Origin: a bacterium
Lineage (GTDB): Bacteria; Oederibacteriota; CAKKQC01
Reading direction: 5' to 3'
DNA length: 64,000 nucleotides
Assembly (NCBI GenBank): GCA_919901855.1
Contig: CAKKQC010000041.1
Coordinates: 5,088-69,087 of the forward strand
The notes under the pieces are model-generated. The model was not told the DNA's origin and did no database searches. It saw only the letters and a program-made list of their open reading frames with translations. Shown here one piece after another: positions 9,177 through 17,337 of the stretch (its first letter is position 1; each line of letters starts with the position of its first letter). The translations under genes and the position numbers were made by a program.

Positions 9177-10169
9177 TCACCAGGCGTATGCCTCGGGAGC
9201 CCGCCCGCCCGGTCCCGGGAAGATCCCGTCGAGCGTCTTGACTGTCGCCGGCGTCAGCGTGATCTTCAGCGCCCGCTGGGCCCCCTCGAGCTGCTCCATC
9301 GTGCGCGGCCCGATGATCGGGGCGGTGACGGCCTTCTGGTGCAGGAGCCAGGCCAGCGCCACGTGCGCGGGCTGCTCCTTGAGCTTGCGGCACAGGGCCT
9401 CCCACGGCACGAGCTTTGCCCGCTCCTTCTTCACACGCTCCTTCGCCCAGCCCTCGGACCGGCGCCCCCCCTCCACCTTCCCCAGGATGCCACCGAGCAG
9501 TCCGCTGGCCAGCGGGCTCCAGGGAATCAGCCCCAGTCCGTAGGCCTCGCACGCGGGGATGACCTCGAGCTCGATCATGCGGGCGTTGAGGTTGTACAGG
9601 CTCTGCTCGCACACGAGGCCCATGAACCCACGCCGCGCCGCCGCCTCGTTCGCCTGGGCGATGTGCAGCCCGGCGAAGTTGCTCGACCCGACGTAGATGA
9701 CCTTGCCCTCGCGCCGGAGCTGGTCAAAAGCCTGCCAGATCTCCTCCCACGGCGTCTCGCGGTGGACGTGGTGCATCTGGTAGAGGTCGAGGTAGTCGGT
9801 CTTGAGGCGCCGGAGGCTCGCCTCGCAGGCCTTCCGGATGTGGAGGGCCGAGAGCCGGGATTCGTTCGGCCAGTCCCCCATGTCGCCGTAGACCTTCGTC
9901 GCCAGGACCACCTTGTCGCGGCGCCCGCCCCCCTGCGCGAGCCAGCGGCCCACGATCTGCTCCGTGATCCCCTCGCCCTTCTTCCAGCCGTATACGTCGG
10001 CCGTGTCGAAGAAGTTGATCCCGAGCTCGAGCGCGCGATCCATGATCGCGAAGCTGTCGGCTTCGGTCGTGAGCGGGCCGAAGTTCATCGTCCCGAGGCA
10101 CAGCCGGCTGACCTTGAGTCCCGTCCGCCCGAGCTTCGTGTATTGCATGGATGCCTTCTGGTCGGCCAT
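9177..10169 (-). CDS. aldo/keto reductase
   Basis: ATG at 10169 is preceded by GGGGAGG. MQYTKLGRTGLKVSRLCLGTMNFG, DTADVYG and DYLDLYQMH are AKR hallmarks. The long track ORF 9177..11096 is an artefactual extension. Confidence 0.9.
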   Translation of the reverse strand: MADQKASMQYTKLGRTGLKVSRLCLGTMNFGPLTTEADSFAIMDRALELGINFFDTADVYGWKKGEGITEQIVGRWLAQGGGRRDKVVLATKVYGDMGDWPNESRLSALHIRKACEASLRRLKTDYLDLYQMHHVHRETPWEEIWQAFDQLRREGKVIYVGSSNFAGLHIAQANEAAARRGFMGLVCEQSLYNLNARMIELEVIPACEAYGLGLIPWSPLASGLLGGILGKVEGGRRSEGWAKERVKKERAKLVPWEALCRKLKEQPAHVALAWLLHQKAVTAPIIGPRTMEQLEGAQRALKITLTPATVKTLDGIFPGPGGRAPEAYAW

Positions 10170-10224
10170 GGTGAATCCTCCCCTGCACCGAGTGTGATCG
10201 GCCTCCAGTCTACCACCCGGCCGG

Positions 10225-10254
10225 TTGACGGCGGAGGGACGCGGGGTGTACCGT
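10225..10254 (+). promoter_or_regulatory. promoter-like TTGACG-18-TACCGT, 8 nt before the aac(3)-type ATG (leaderless type)
   Basis: TTGACG at 10225-10230 and TACCGT at 10249-10254, with the ATG at 10263. No Shine-Dalgarno sequence in between. Confidence 0.4.
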
Positions 10255-10262
10255 TGCGGCAC

Positions 10263-11063
10263 ATGGATGCATACCCCACCCCGGAGGCCGCCGGAGCTGC
10301 CGGCGCGTCCGCTTCGGTCGCCCGGATCAGCCGGGACCTGGTCGCGCTGGGCGTCCGGCGCGGCGGGCTCCTTCTCGTGCATTCCTCGCTGAAGTCCCTG
10401 GGGCCGGTGCCCGGCGGGCCCGAGACCGTGATCCGGGGAATGCTCGACGCCCTCGGACCTGACTCCACGCTCCTGCTCCCGGCGCTGAGCTACAGCTTCG
10501 TCACCCCGCAGGACCCGGTCTTCGACGTCCGCGTGACGAAGTCCTGCGTCGGCGCGATTCCAGAGCACTTCCGGACGAGAACGGGCACGCTCCGCAGCGT
10601 CCACCCCACCCACTCGGTGGCCGCGACGGGGCCGCGGGCGCAGGCCCTTCTCGGAGACCATCTCGAGGACACGACGCCCGTGGGGCCGCACTCGGCGTTC
10701 CGCAAGATGCGCGACCTTGGCGGCCAGCTCCTCTTCCTCGGGTGCGGGATGGAGCCGAACACGTCCATGCACGGCGTCGAGGAGCTGGTCGAGCCGCCGT
10801 ACCTGTACGATCCCGCGATCGACTACCGGCTCACTCTCGCCGACGGGACCACGATCGCGAAACGCTACCGGCCGCACGGGTTCGCGAACGTCCATCAGCG
10901 CTACGACCGGATGGAGGAACTCCTGGAGCCCAAGGGCCTGCTCAAGGCGGGCCCGGTACTGGCGGCTAAGGCGCACCTCGTCGACGCGGGGCCGGTGTGG
11001 GAACTGGGCGAGGCCGCGCTCCGGCTCAACCCCTGGGCGTTCGTGGACCGGAAAGACCGGTAG
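10263..11063 (+). CDS. AAC(3)-family aminoglycoside N-acetyltransferase-like protein
   Basis: LLLVHSSLKSLGPVPGGPETVIRGMLDALGPDSTLLLPALSY is the typical AAC(3) N-terminal signature. This is the real part of track ORF 9123..11063. Confidence 0.85.
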   Translation: MDAYPTPEAAGAAGASASVARISRDLVALGVRRGGLLLVHSSLKSLGPVPGGPETVIRGMLDALGPDSTLLLPALSYSFVTPQDPVFDVRVTKSCVGAIPEHFRTRTGTLRSVHPTHSVAATGPRAQALLGDHLEDTTPVGPHSAFRKMRDLGGQLLFLGCGMEPNTSMHGVEELVEPPYLYDPAIDYRLTLADGTTIAKRYRPHGFANVHQRYDRMEELLEPKGLLKAGPVLAAKAHLVDAGPVWELGEAALRLNPWAFVDRKDR

Positions 11064-11076
11064 ACCGCGATCCGGC

Positions 11077-11307
11077 CTACTGCGCCTGGTAGACACTCCC
11101 CACGGGGGATGCCGAAATGGCCTTCCTTGCGAAATCGGACTTCATCTTCTCGAGCGACTTCATCGTTTCGGCGGAGAAATAGGCTTCTCCGCATTCGCCG
11201 CAAACCTCGGCTTCGACATCAACGAGAAGCCGGTCGGTTCCGACCTTCAGCTCCGCCACCGACCGGGATGGCCTGACTTCTCCCTGCTTGCAGATGACGC
11301 ATTTCAT
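11077..11307 (-). CDS. YgiT-type zinc-finger (MqsA-like) antitoxin candidate
   Basis: MKCVICKQGE...VCGECGEAYF forms two CxxC pairs. Its ATG overlaps the stop of the upstream gene (ATGA). Confidence 0.85.
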   Translation of the reverse strand: MKCVICKQGEVRPSRSVAELKVGTDRLLVDVEAEVCGECGEAYFSAETMKSLEKMKSDFARKAISASPVGSVYQAQ

Positions 11308-11636
11308 GACTGCTTCCTCCGTTTGAAGCCCGGTTCCCAGAGTGCCGGATCGGGCTCGTAGGTTGTGACGACCACGAGTTGGGCTTCGTCCATCACCGGT
11401 GCGCAGACGACGTGCAATGGCCTGCCCGCCGCCGTTCGTCCGAGCATCAGGCAACTGGCATACGGCCGGTCATCGGGATACTCCTCGATGATCTCGCCGA
11501 CGTCCAGTGCCTGAACTATCTCATCCACCTTGATGATACCTCGGCTCTCCCGCTCCATTTCCAGCCGCGAATGGTTCGAGAACTTCAGCTTGCCGAGACA
11601 TTGCTTTACCGCGAGGATATCCATGTCGCCCATCAT
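11304..11636 (-). CDS. DUF4258-family toxin candidate
   Basis: The family pattern is present: GEIIEEYPDDRPYASCLMLG, GRPLHVVCAP, VVVTTYEPDPALWEPGFKRRK. It is translationally coupled to the zinc-finger gene. Confidence 0.85.
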   Translation of the reverse strand: MMGDMDILAVKQCLGKLKFSNHSRLEMERESRGIIKVDEIVQALDVGEIIEEYPDDRPYASCLMLGRTAAGRPLHVVCAPVMDEAQLVVVTTYEPDPALWEPGFKRRKQS

Positions 11637-11637
11637 C

Positions 11638-11666
11638 AGTCTGACCGCCGTTCATTGGAGTGTCAA
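11638..11666 (-). promoter_or_regulatory. promoter-like TTGACA-17-CAGACT upstream of TA cassette 1
   Basis: On the minus strand, TTGACA is at 11666-11661 and CAGACT at 11643-11638, directly before the ATGATG start region. Confidence 0.4.
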
Positions 11667-11678
11667 CCGCCCGACACC

Positions 11679-11789
11679 GCCGGCCCGATACTCGCGGCGA
11701 CGGCGCACCTGGTCGATTCAGCGCCGGTCTGGGAGCTGGGCGTGGCCGCGCTCCGGCGCGACCCCTGGGCCTTCGTGGACCGGAAGTAG
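11679..11789 (+). pseudogene. orphan diverged copy of the aac(3)-type gene 3' end (last ~36 codons plus stop)
   Basis: It aligns colinearly with 10947-11063, about 80% identical by hand count with one 6-nt in-frame gap. It reads AGPILAATAHLVDSAPVWELGVAALRRDPWAFVDRK-stop. Nothing resembling the rest of the gene lies upstream of it. Confidence 0.7.
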
Positions 11790-11804
11790 GTCCGGGGGCC
11801 TCTT

Positions 11805-12974
11805 CTACTTCATCGCGGTGAAGACGGCGGCGACGAGCGCCGCGATCGTGATCCCGCCCAACACCGCCCACGACTTGTCGACCGCCACGGTGGTCCGCGA
11901 GATCTCGAGGCGGGCCTGCTTCCTCGGCGCGGACGCGTCCGCCGCCGAGAGGGGCGGAGCCGCCACCGCGGTGACGTCCGCACCGGAACCCACCGCGACC
12001 CGGCGGCCCTCGACGTTGACCTGCGTCGCCCCCCGCCAGAGCGTCAGGACCATCTTCGAGTCCGGCGCGCCCGTGAGCATCCGCCGGACCTCGAGCCAGG
12101 GACGGTTCCACGTCGCATCCCCCCCGATCCCGAGGATCATGTCGTAGTCCAGGATTCCGGTCTTCCACGCCTGCGAGTGGTCGTCGATCCTGACGACTCC
12201 GGGGTAGAAGCTGTGCCCGTCGTTCGTGAAGATCTCGAAATTCAGCCCCGGCAGGTCGCCCCCCTTGGTCGTGAGCTCCGCCATCGCCGTCTCCGGGAAC
12301 TGGTGGACGATCATCCAGGAAACGAGCTGGGAGGCGATCCGGACGTCGTTGGTCCGCGAAATCCCGGCGCCGGTCCCGACCCAGACCTCGGCCAGGGTCT
12401 TGCCGTCCAGGAGGCTCAGCGTGACCGTGGCCGTGAACCTGCCCGCCGCGGCCGGCGGCTTCGTCCTCCCACGGGGCGGATAGCCGGGGAGTTGCGCGAC
12501 CGCGTACGTGGGATCGGGCATGGTCCCCCAGCCCCACGTGTCCGCGGCGGCCAGGGCCGCCAGCGACGCGGGCGGCGTGGGCAGCGTCTTCCCGGGCTGC
12601 CACTCCGGCGCCTGGATCACGGTCGTGCGCTTGACCCCGCGCGTGAACTCGATCGACGCGTCAACGCCGACGACGAAGTCGGGGTTCTCGCCCATCTTCA
12701 CGAACCGGTACCCGTCGCGCTCGAAGAGGTTCCGCACCGAGAACAGGACCGCGCGCTGGTCGGCCTCGGTCTTGAGGGTGGCCGCCGGGTTCACGGCCGC
12801 CAGCGGGTAGACCGAGAAGGTCACGTACTTGAACGAGGAAAGCTCCGGGGACTTGTACTCGCGCACCGCCGGGCCGATGTCGATGGTCACGGGAGAGAGG
12901 CCGTGCAGGGAGGCGCAACCCGCGAGCAGGGCGCCGGGGAGCAGGAGGCGCGCCAGGCGTCCGCAGGTCGTCAC
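11805..12974 (-). CDS. lipoprotein with PDZ-like domain and C-terminal hydrophobic anchor
   Basis: The GTG at 12974 gives (M)TTCGRLARLLLPGALLAGC, with lipobox LAGC. TAGAAT lies 7 nt upstream, matching the leaderless pattern. A PDZ-like stretch GVVRIDDHSQAWKTGILDYDMILGIGG is present, and the C-terminus has SWAVLGGITIAALVAAVFTA. Confidence 0.7.
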   Translation of the reverse strand: MTTCGRLARLLLPGALLAGCASLHGLSPVTIDIGPAVREYKSPELSSFKYVTFSVYPLAAVNPAATLKTEADQRAVLFSVRNLFERDGYRFVKMGENPDFVVGVDASIEFTRGVKRTTVIQAPEWQPGKTLPTPPASLAALAAADTWGWGTMPDPTYAVAQLPGYPPRGRTKPPAAAGRFTATVTLSLLDGKTLAEVWVGTGAGISRTNDVRIASQLVSWMIVHQFPETAMAELTTKGGDLPGLNFEIFTNDGHSFYPGVVRIDDHSQAWKTGILDYDMILGIGGDATWNRPWLEVRRMLTGAPDSKMVLTLWRGATQVNVEGRRVAVGSGADVTAVAAPPLSAADASAPRKQARLEISRTTVAVDKSWAVLGGITIAALVAAVFTAMK

Positions 12975-12981
12975 GAAACCT

Positions 12982-12987
12982 ATTCTA
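12982..12987 (-). promoter_or_regulatory. -10-like TAGAAT, 7 nt upstream of GTG 12974
   Basis: Member of the recurrent TAnnnT-(6-9 nt)-start pattern. Confidence 0.4.
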
Positions 12988-13057
12988 CACTCCCGCCCGC
13001 GTCGAACCCGTCGACCCCTTGGGGCGGAGGGTTCGACGACGATTGCGTCCGCAATCG

Positions 13058-13927
13058 CTAACAACCTTCGAGGAACCGGCCGCCGGCCAGCAGGCCCGCC
13101 TGTTCGGTTTCGGTCCGGTCGTTGAAGTTCTCGTCCTCGAGCTCGATGGAGACCATGCCCCTATACCCGGCCCCCGCCAGGACCCCGAACGCCTCGGGCC
13201 AGTTCATGACCCCGTGACCCGGGATCGTGTACCGCCACACGCGATCCCCGAACCCGTGGCCCTTGCCGAACGTCGCGGGCTGTTCGTGGCCGAATTCGTA
13301 GAGGGCGTCGGCGTAGAGGGCCGTGTCCTTGCCGTGCACGTGCACGACCTGGGTCGCGAACTCGCGCAGGAACCGCATCGGATCGATCCCCATCCGGATC
13401 AGGTGCGAGGGATCGAAGTTGATCCCCATGGCCTTCGACGGCACCGCCTTGAAGAACGCCCGGAAGCCCTCGGGGGTGCAGACGAGCGCCCCGGGCCCCG
13501 GCCAGCCCTCGATGGCGAGCGAGGCCTTCGCCGCCTCGAGCACGGGCGCGAGCGCCGCGAAGCTCTCGACCATGTACCCGAAGTTCTCGCTCCGGGGTTT
13601 CGCAGCGTCCTCGGGGAGCATGACGAGGAAGTGGTTGACGGGCCCCAGCACGGCGCAGGCCTTGACGTAGGCCGTGTTCTTCTCGATCGCGGCCTTCCGC
13701 TTCCCGGCGTCGGGCGACAGCATGGCGTTCCACTCCGCCAGGTCCACGGAGCCGACCCGGAGCCCGGCGGCGGCCACCGTCTTGCCGGCGGCATCCCCGT
13801 CGCGGCCCACATCGATTCCCTCGAACCCGTTTGCCTTCGCGTACGCGATCACGCCCGGGAGGTCCTTGTTCCACCCCGACCAGCCCCGCCGGAACCCGAT
13901 GCCGAACCCGCCCGTCCGCGTCTGCAT
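13058..13927 (-). CDS. sugar phosphate isomerase/epimerase (xylose isomerase-like TIM barrel)
   Basis: ATG at 13927 is preceded by AAGGAGG. Family-like stretches include INFDPSHL, HVHGKD and SIELED. Confidence 0.85.
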   Translation of the reverse strand: MQTRTGGFGIGFRRGWSGWNKDLPGVIAYAKANGFEGIDVGRDGDAAGKTVAAAGLRVGSVDLAEWNAMLSPDAGKRKAAIEKNTAYVKACAVLGPVNHFLVMLPEDAAKPRSENFGYMVESFAALAPVLEAAKASLAIEGWPGPGALVCTPEGFRAFFKAVPSKAMGINFDPSHLIRMGIDPMRFLREFATQVVHVHGKDTALYADALYEFGHEQPATFGKGHGFGDRVWRYTIPGHGVMNWPEAFGVLAGAGYRGMVSIELEDENFNDRTETEQAGLLAGGRFLEGC

Positions 13928-14037
13928 ATCAAAGCCTCCTTGTCGGTCCGCGCCGTCTGGCGCCAAATCGTGACGATCATACACCGCCGGCCACCGCCGT
14001 GGGGAGCCGCATCGCGACGAACATGCCACCTTCACGG

Positions 14038-14043
14038 TACAGT
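14038..14043 (+). promoter_or_regulatory. -10-like TACAGT, 7 nt upstream of ATG 14051
   Basis: Member of the recurrent TAnnnT-(6-9 nt)-start pattern. Confidence 0.4.
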
Positions 14044-14050
14044 ACACGCC

Positions 14051-15958
14051 ATGACGCGACTGGGCATGGAAACGCTCGTCCTGCCGGCGGCGGACCTGGG
14101 GTCGCCGAATCCGCTCCCGGCCTTCCGGGAATCCGCGGACGACCGGGAAGTCCGGTGCGACGGGACCGTCCCAGCGGAGGACCGCGCCCGCCTCGGCCGC
14201 GCGTGCGGAACGCGCATCCTGCCCTGGCCGGTCCAGGACGGCTACGACGACCGGCCGGTCCCCCGCGGATTCCGGGCCCTGATCCTCGAGAACGAGCGCC
14301 TTCGGGCCGTCGTCCTTCCCGCGCTCGGCGGCCGGCTCTGGTCGCTCGTCGACCGGCGCGACGGCCGCGAACTTCTCGCCCGCAACCCCGTCGTCCGGTA
14401 CGCGAACGTCGCGCTCTGCAACGCCTGGGTCGCGGGCGGCATCGAATGGAACTGCGGACTGCTTGGCCACCACTGGCTCACGTCGTCCCCCGTCTTCGCC
14501 GGGCTCGTGCGGGGGCCCGCCGGAGATCCGGCCCTGCGGCTCTGGGAGTTCGACCGGCTGAACCGGACCGTCTGGCAGGTGGACCTGCACCTGCCGGAGG
14601 ACTCCCCGTTCCTCTTCGCGTGCGTGCGGATCGTCAATCTCAACGACGCCGAAATGCCCGCCTACTGGTGGACGAACATGGCGGTGGCGGAAAGCCCGGA
14701 CGTTCGGACGCTGGTGCCGGCGGATCGCGTGCTCCGGCACGACGCGCAGGGCGTCCTCGGGATGGCGCCTCTGCCCCGCCCGGACGGGTTCGACGCCACG
14801 CGGGTCACCGAACACGGCCACGCGTGGGAAGGGTTCTTCCATATTGAAGGCGCGCGGCCCTTCGTCGCCGCCCTCGCGGGCACGGGCCGCGGCATCGTCG
14901 AGACCTCGACGCGGGCGTTGCGCGGCCGGAAGATGTTCGCCTGGGGCATGAACGCCGCGGGCCGGTGGTGGCAGCGCCACCTCGGCGATGAGGCCTTCGC
15001 GTACTACGAGATCCAGGCCGGGCTGGCACGCACCCAGCTCGAGACGGTTCCCATGGGCCCCCGCGCCCGCTGGACCTGGACCGAGGCATTCGGCCCCCTC
15101 GACTCTGACCCGGCGGTCACGCACGGCCCGGACTGGAGCGCCGCGTGGCGGCACGCGGCGGCCCGGCTCGACGAGGCGATTCCCGAGCGCGAGCTCGAGG
15201 CCCGCCATGCCGCCTTCGAGACGGCGCTCGACCACCCCCCCGAGGCCCTCCTGAACGCCGGATCGGGCTGGGGATCGCTGGAATCCATGGAACCGGGCGG
15301 CACCCGGCTCCCTGCCGGTACCCCGTTCCCCGCCTCGACGCTGGGACCGGATCAGGCGCCGTGGATGGAGCTGCTCGAGACCGGCCGGCTGCCCACCCGC
15401 GAGCCCGTGGAGCCCCCCGTCGCGCCCATGGTCCGGCCCGAATGGGCGCCGCGGCTCGCCGCCCTGGGAGCCCGGTGGGATGTCCTCCTGCAGCTCGGGA
15501 TCCTGAAGATGGAAGGCGGCGACCGGGCCGGGGCGCGCGCGGCCTGGGACGCCTCCGTCGCCCTGGCCCCCTCGGCATGGGCGCTCCGAAACCTCGCCCA
15601 GCTCGAGCTGAAGGAAGGGCGGCCGGGGGACGCGGCCGGGCTCATCGTCCGCGCCTGGGAGCTGGCGCGTGAGTTCCTCCGCCCCCCGCTCGCGCGCGAG
15701 GTGCTCGAGGCGTTCCTCGCCGCCGGCCGGCCGGCGGACGCGGTCGCGTTCTCCGACGCCCTGCCGGCGGCCGTCCGGAATCGCGACCGGATCAGGCTCC
15801 TGACGGCCCGCGCCTCGCTGGCCGCCGGCGATACCGGCCGGGCGGAGGCGCTCGTGAGCGGCCTCGCCGCCATGGACCTGCGCGAGGGCGAGTCGGCACT
15901 CGACGACCTCCGGAAGGCGCTCGCCGGCCGGCCGGGCGGGCCCGGCCGGGCCGCATGA
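14051..15958 (+). CDS. DUF5107-type protein with C-terminal TPR-like region
   Basis: LENERLRAVVLPALGGRLWSLVDRRDGRELL...NAWVAGGIEWN matches the DUF5107 N-terminal pattern. The C-terminal third is made of helical repeats. Confidence 0.8.
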   Translation: MTRLGMETLVLPAADLGSPNPLPAFRESADDREVRCDGTVPAEDRARLGRACGTRILPWPVQDGYDDRPVPRGFRALILENERLRAVVLPALGGRLWSLVDRRDGRELLARNPVVRYANVALCNAWVAGGIEWNCGLLGHHWLTSSPVFAGLVRGPAGDPALRLWEFDRLNRTVWQVDLHLPEDSPFLFACVRIVNLNDAEMPAYWWTNMAVAESPDVRTLVPADRVLRHDAQGVLGMAPLPRPDGFDATRVTEHGHAWEGFFHIEGARPFVAALAGTGRGIVETSTRALRGRKMFAWGMNAAGRWWQRHLGDEAFAYYEIQAGLARTQLETVPMGPRARWTWTEAFGPLDSDPAVTHGPDWSAAWRHAAARLDEAIPERELEARHAAFETALDHPPEALLNAGSGWGSLESMEPGGTRLPAGTPFPASTLGPDQAPWMELLETGRLPTREPVEPPVAPMVRPEWAPRLAALGARWDVLLQLGILKMEGGDRAGARAAWDASVALAPSAWALRNLAQLELKEGRPGDAAGLIVRAWELAREFLRPPLAREVLEAFLAAGRPADAVAFSDALPAAVRNRDRIRLLTARASLAAGDTGRAEALVSGLAAMDLREGESALDDLRKALAGRPGGPGRAA

Positions 15959-17337
15959 GGATGCTCGCGCTGGGTCTCGTCCTCGTTTCCCTGACCGGCC
16001 CCGCGCGCGCCTTCGACCCCGCCATCGAGTTCCAGCACCTGCGGGCCTGCCAGTACCTGTCGGCCACCGACCCGGCGGACGGAGCGATCAACGACCTCTG
16101 GGGCGGCCCGACCTGGGTGGTCCCCGGGGAGATGGCGGTCGCGGGCTGGGTGCTCGCCCGCGGCGGGTTCGGCGCCGAGGCGGCGGCGGCCGCGAGCTAC
16201 CTGGCCCGGATCCAGAACGCGGACGGGTCGTGGTGCAACCAGTACAGCGGCACCGTCGCCGTCGACTCGGGCCGGTACGCCCGTCACACCGCGCAGGCCG
16301 TGTTCTTCCTGGCCGCCGCGGGGGGACACGCCGCCGCGATCGCGGCGGGGACGGCGTGGCTGGCCGCGCTTCAGGATCCTGCCGTCAAGCAGGGATCCGA
16401 CGACGGGCTCGTGTGCGGCGGGTACGACGGGACCGGAGCCGTGCTCACCGACCGGTGGACCTCGGACAACGCGTTCGCCGTGCTCGCGTTCGACGTGGCG
16501 GGCGACGGCGCGCGACGGGACCGGATCGTCGCGGCCCTCAACGCCCTCCTGCGCACGGGCGACCACTGGGTCCGGTCGATCGACAAGAACGGCGTCACCT
16601 CGGACGGCACGTTCGGCTGGATCAACTTCGCCCCCGCGTTCCTCGACCTGCGCTACCGCGGCGTCGCCTATCCGTCCGGCCTGGCGTCGGGGATCCGGGC
16701 CCGTATCCAGGAATCCGCGGGGGTGAATGCGGGCGCCGTCCGCGAGTTTGCGGACGGACCGAAGTACATGCCGGGCATCGGCTTCCAGGCCTCGCTCGCG
16801 TGGGCTTCCGCCGGAGATCCGGCCGCCGCCCAGGCCCACACCGCGTGGGCGGAAACGACCAGCGGCCTCTGGCAGTCCGCCGCCGACGCCAATGGCGACG
16901 CCGGAGGATGGATCGACTGGTCGTACACGGCCGGCGGGGGAACGGCGAATTGGTGGGAGCGGTTCGTGGACACGAGCGCGTACGCGATCATGGTGGCGAA
17001 GGGCTGGCGATTCGCCGACCCCGTGCCGGTCCCCCCGTCGCCGGCTCCCCCCTCGTTCCCCGACACCGTCGTCCTCTACCCCCAGCCGGCGGCCGGGGAC
17101 TCGGTCACCGTGGCCGTCCGCCTCGCACCCGGCGAGGACGCGCTCGAGGCACAGGCGTACAATGCGGCCATGGAGCGCGTGTACCGGGGACGCTGGAATG
17201 CCGTGGATGCCGCGGGCGTGACGATCAACGGCCTGCGGCGGTGGGCGCCGGGCGTGTATCTCCTCAGGCTCCGCACGTTCTCCGGCGGCCGGGTCGCCCG
17301 GCTCCTGCGCCCGGCCCGGCTCGTGGTGCGACGGTGA
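15955..17337 (+). CDS. secreted alpha/alpha-toroid-like protein (prenyltransferase/terpene-cyclase-type repeats) with C-terminal beta-sandwich sorting-like domain
   Basis: The start overlaps the upstream stop (ATGA). Signal peptide MRMLALGLVLVSLTGPARA. ADGSW-type repeats are present. The C-terminal ~90 aa (VLYPQPAAGDSVTV...GVYLLRLR) resemble T9SS/FlgD-type domains. Confidence 0.7.
   Translation: MRMLALGLVLVSLTGPARAFDPAIEFQHLRACQYLSATDPADGAINDLWGGPTWVVPGEMAVAGWVLARGGFGAEAAAAASYLARIQNADGSWCNQYSGTVAVDSGRYARHTAQAVFFLAAAGGHAAAIAAGTAWLAALQDPAVKQGSDDGLVCGGYDGTGAVLTDRWTSDNAFAVLAFDVAGDGARRDRIVAALNALLRTGDHWVRSIDKNGVTSDGTFGWINFAPAFLDLRYRGVAYPSGLASGIRARIQESAGVNAGAVREFADGPKYMPGIGFQASLAWASAGDPAAAQAHTAWAETTSGLWQSAADANGDAGGWIDWSYTAGGGTANWWERFVDTSAYAIMVAKGWRFADPVPVPPSPAPPSFPDTVVLYPQPAAGDSVTVAVRLAPGEDALEAQAYNAAMERVYRGRWNAVDAAGVTINGLRRWAPGVYLLRLRTFSGGRVARLLRPARLVVRR

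Larger units (their letters stand above)
11064..11678. other. minimal TA cassette 1 (promoter plus two genes) lying between diverged direct repeats 10947-11063 and 11679-11789
   Basis: The content is limited to the two TA genes and a promoter-like element. G+C is lower than in the flanks (34/60 at 11161-11220). See findings. Confidence 0.5.

Noticed and set aside
11379-11789. Track ORF 11379..11789(+) (136 aa) as a real gene.
   Set aside because: Only its last ~36 codons resemble anything (the AAC(3) C-terminus). The rest is antisense to the DUF4258 gene. I interpret it as an orphan 3'-end remnant.
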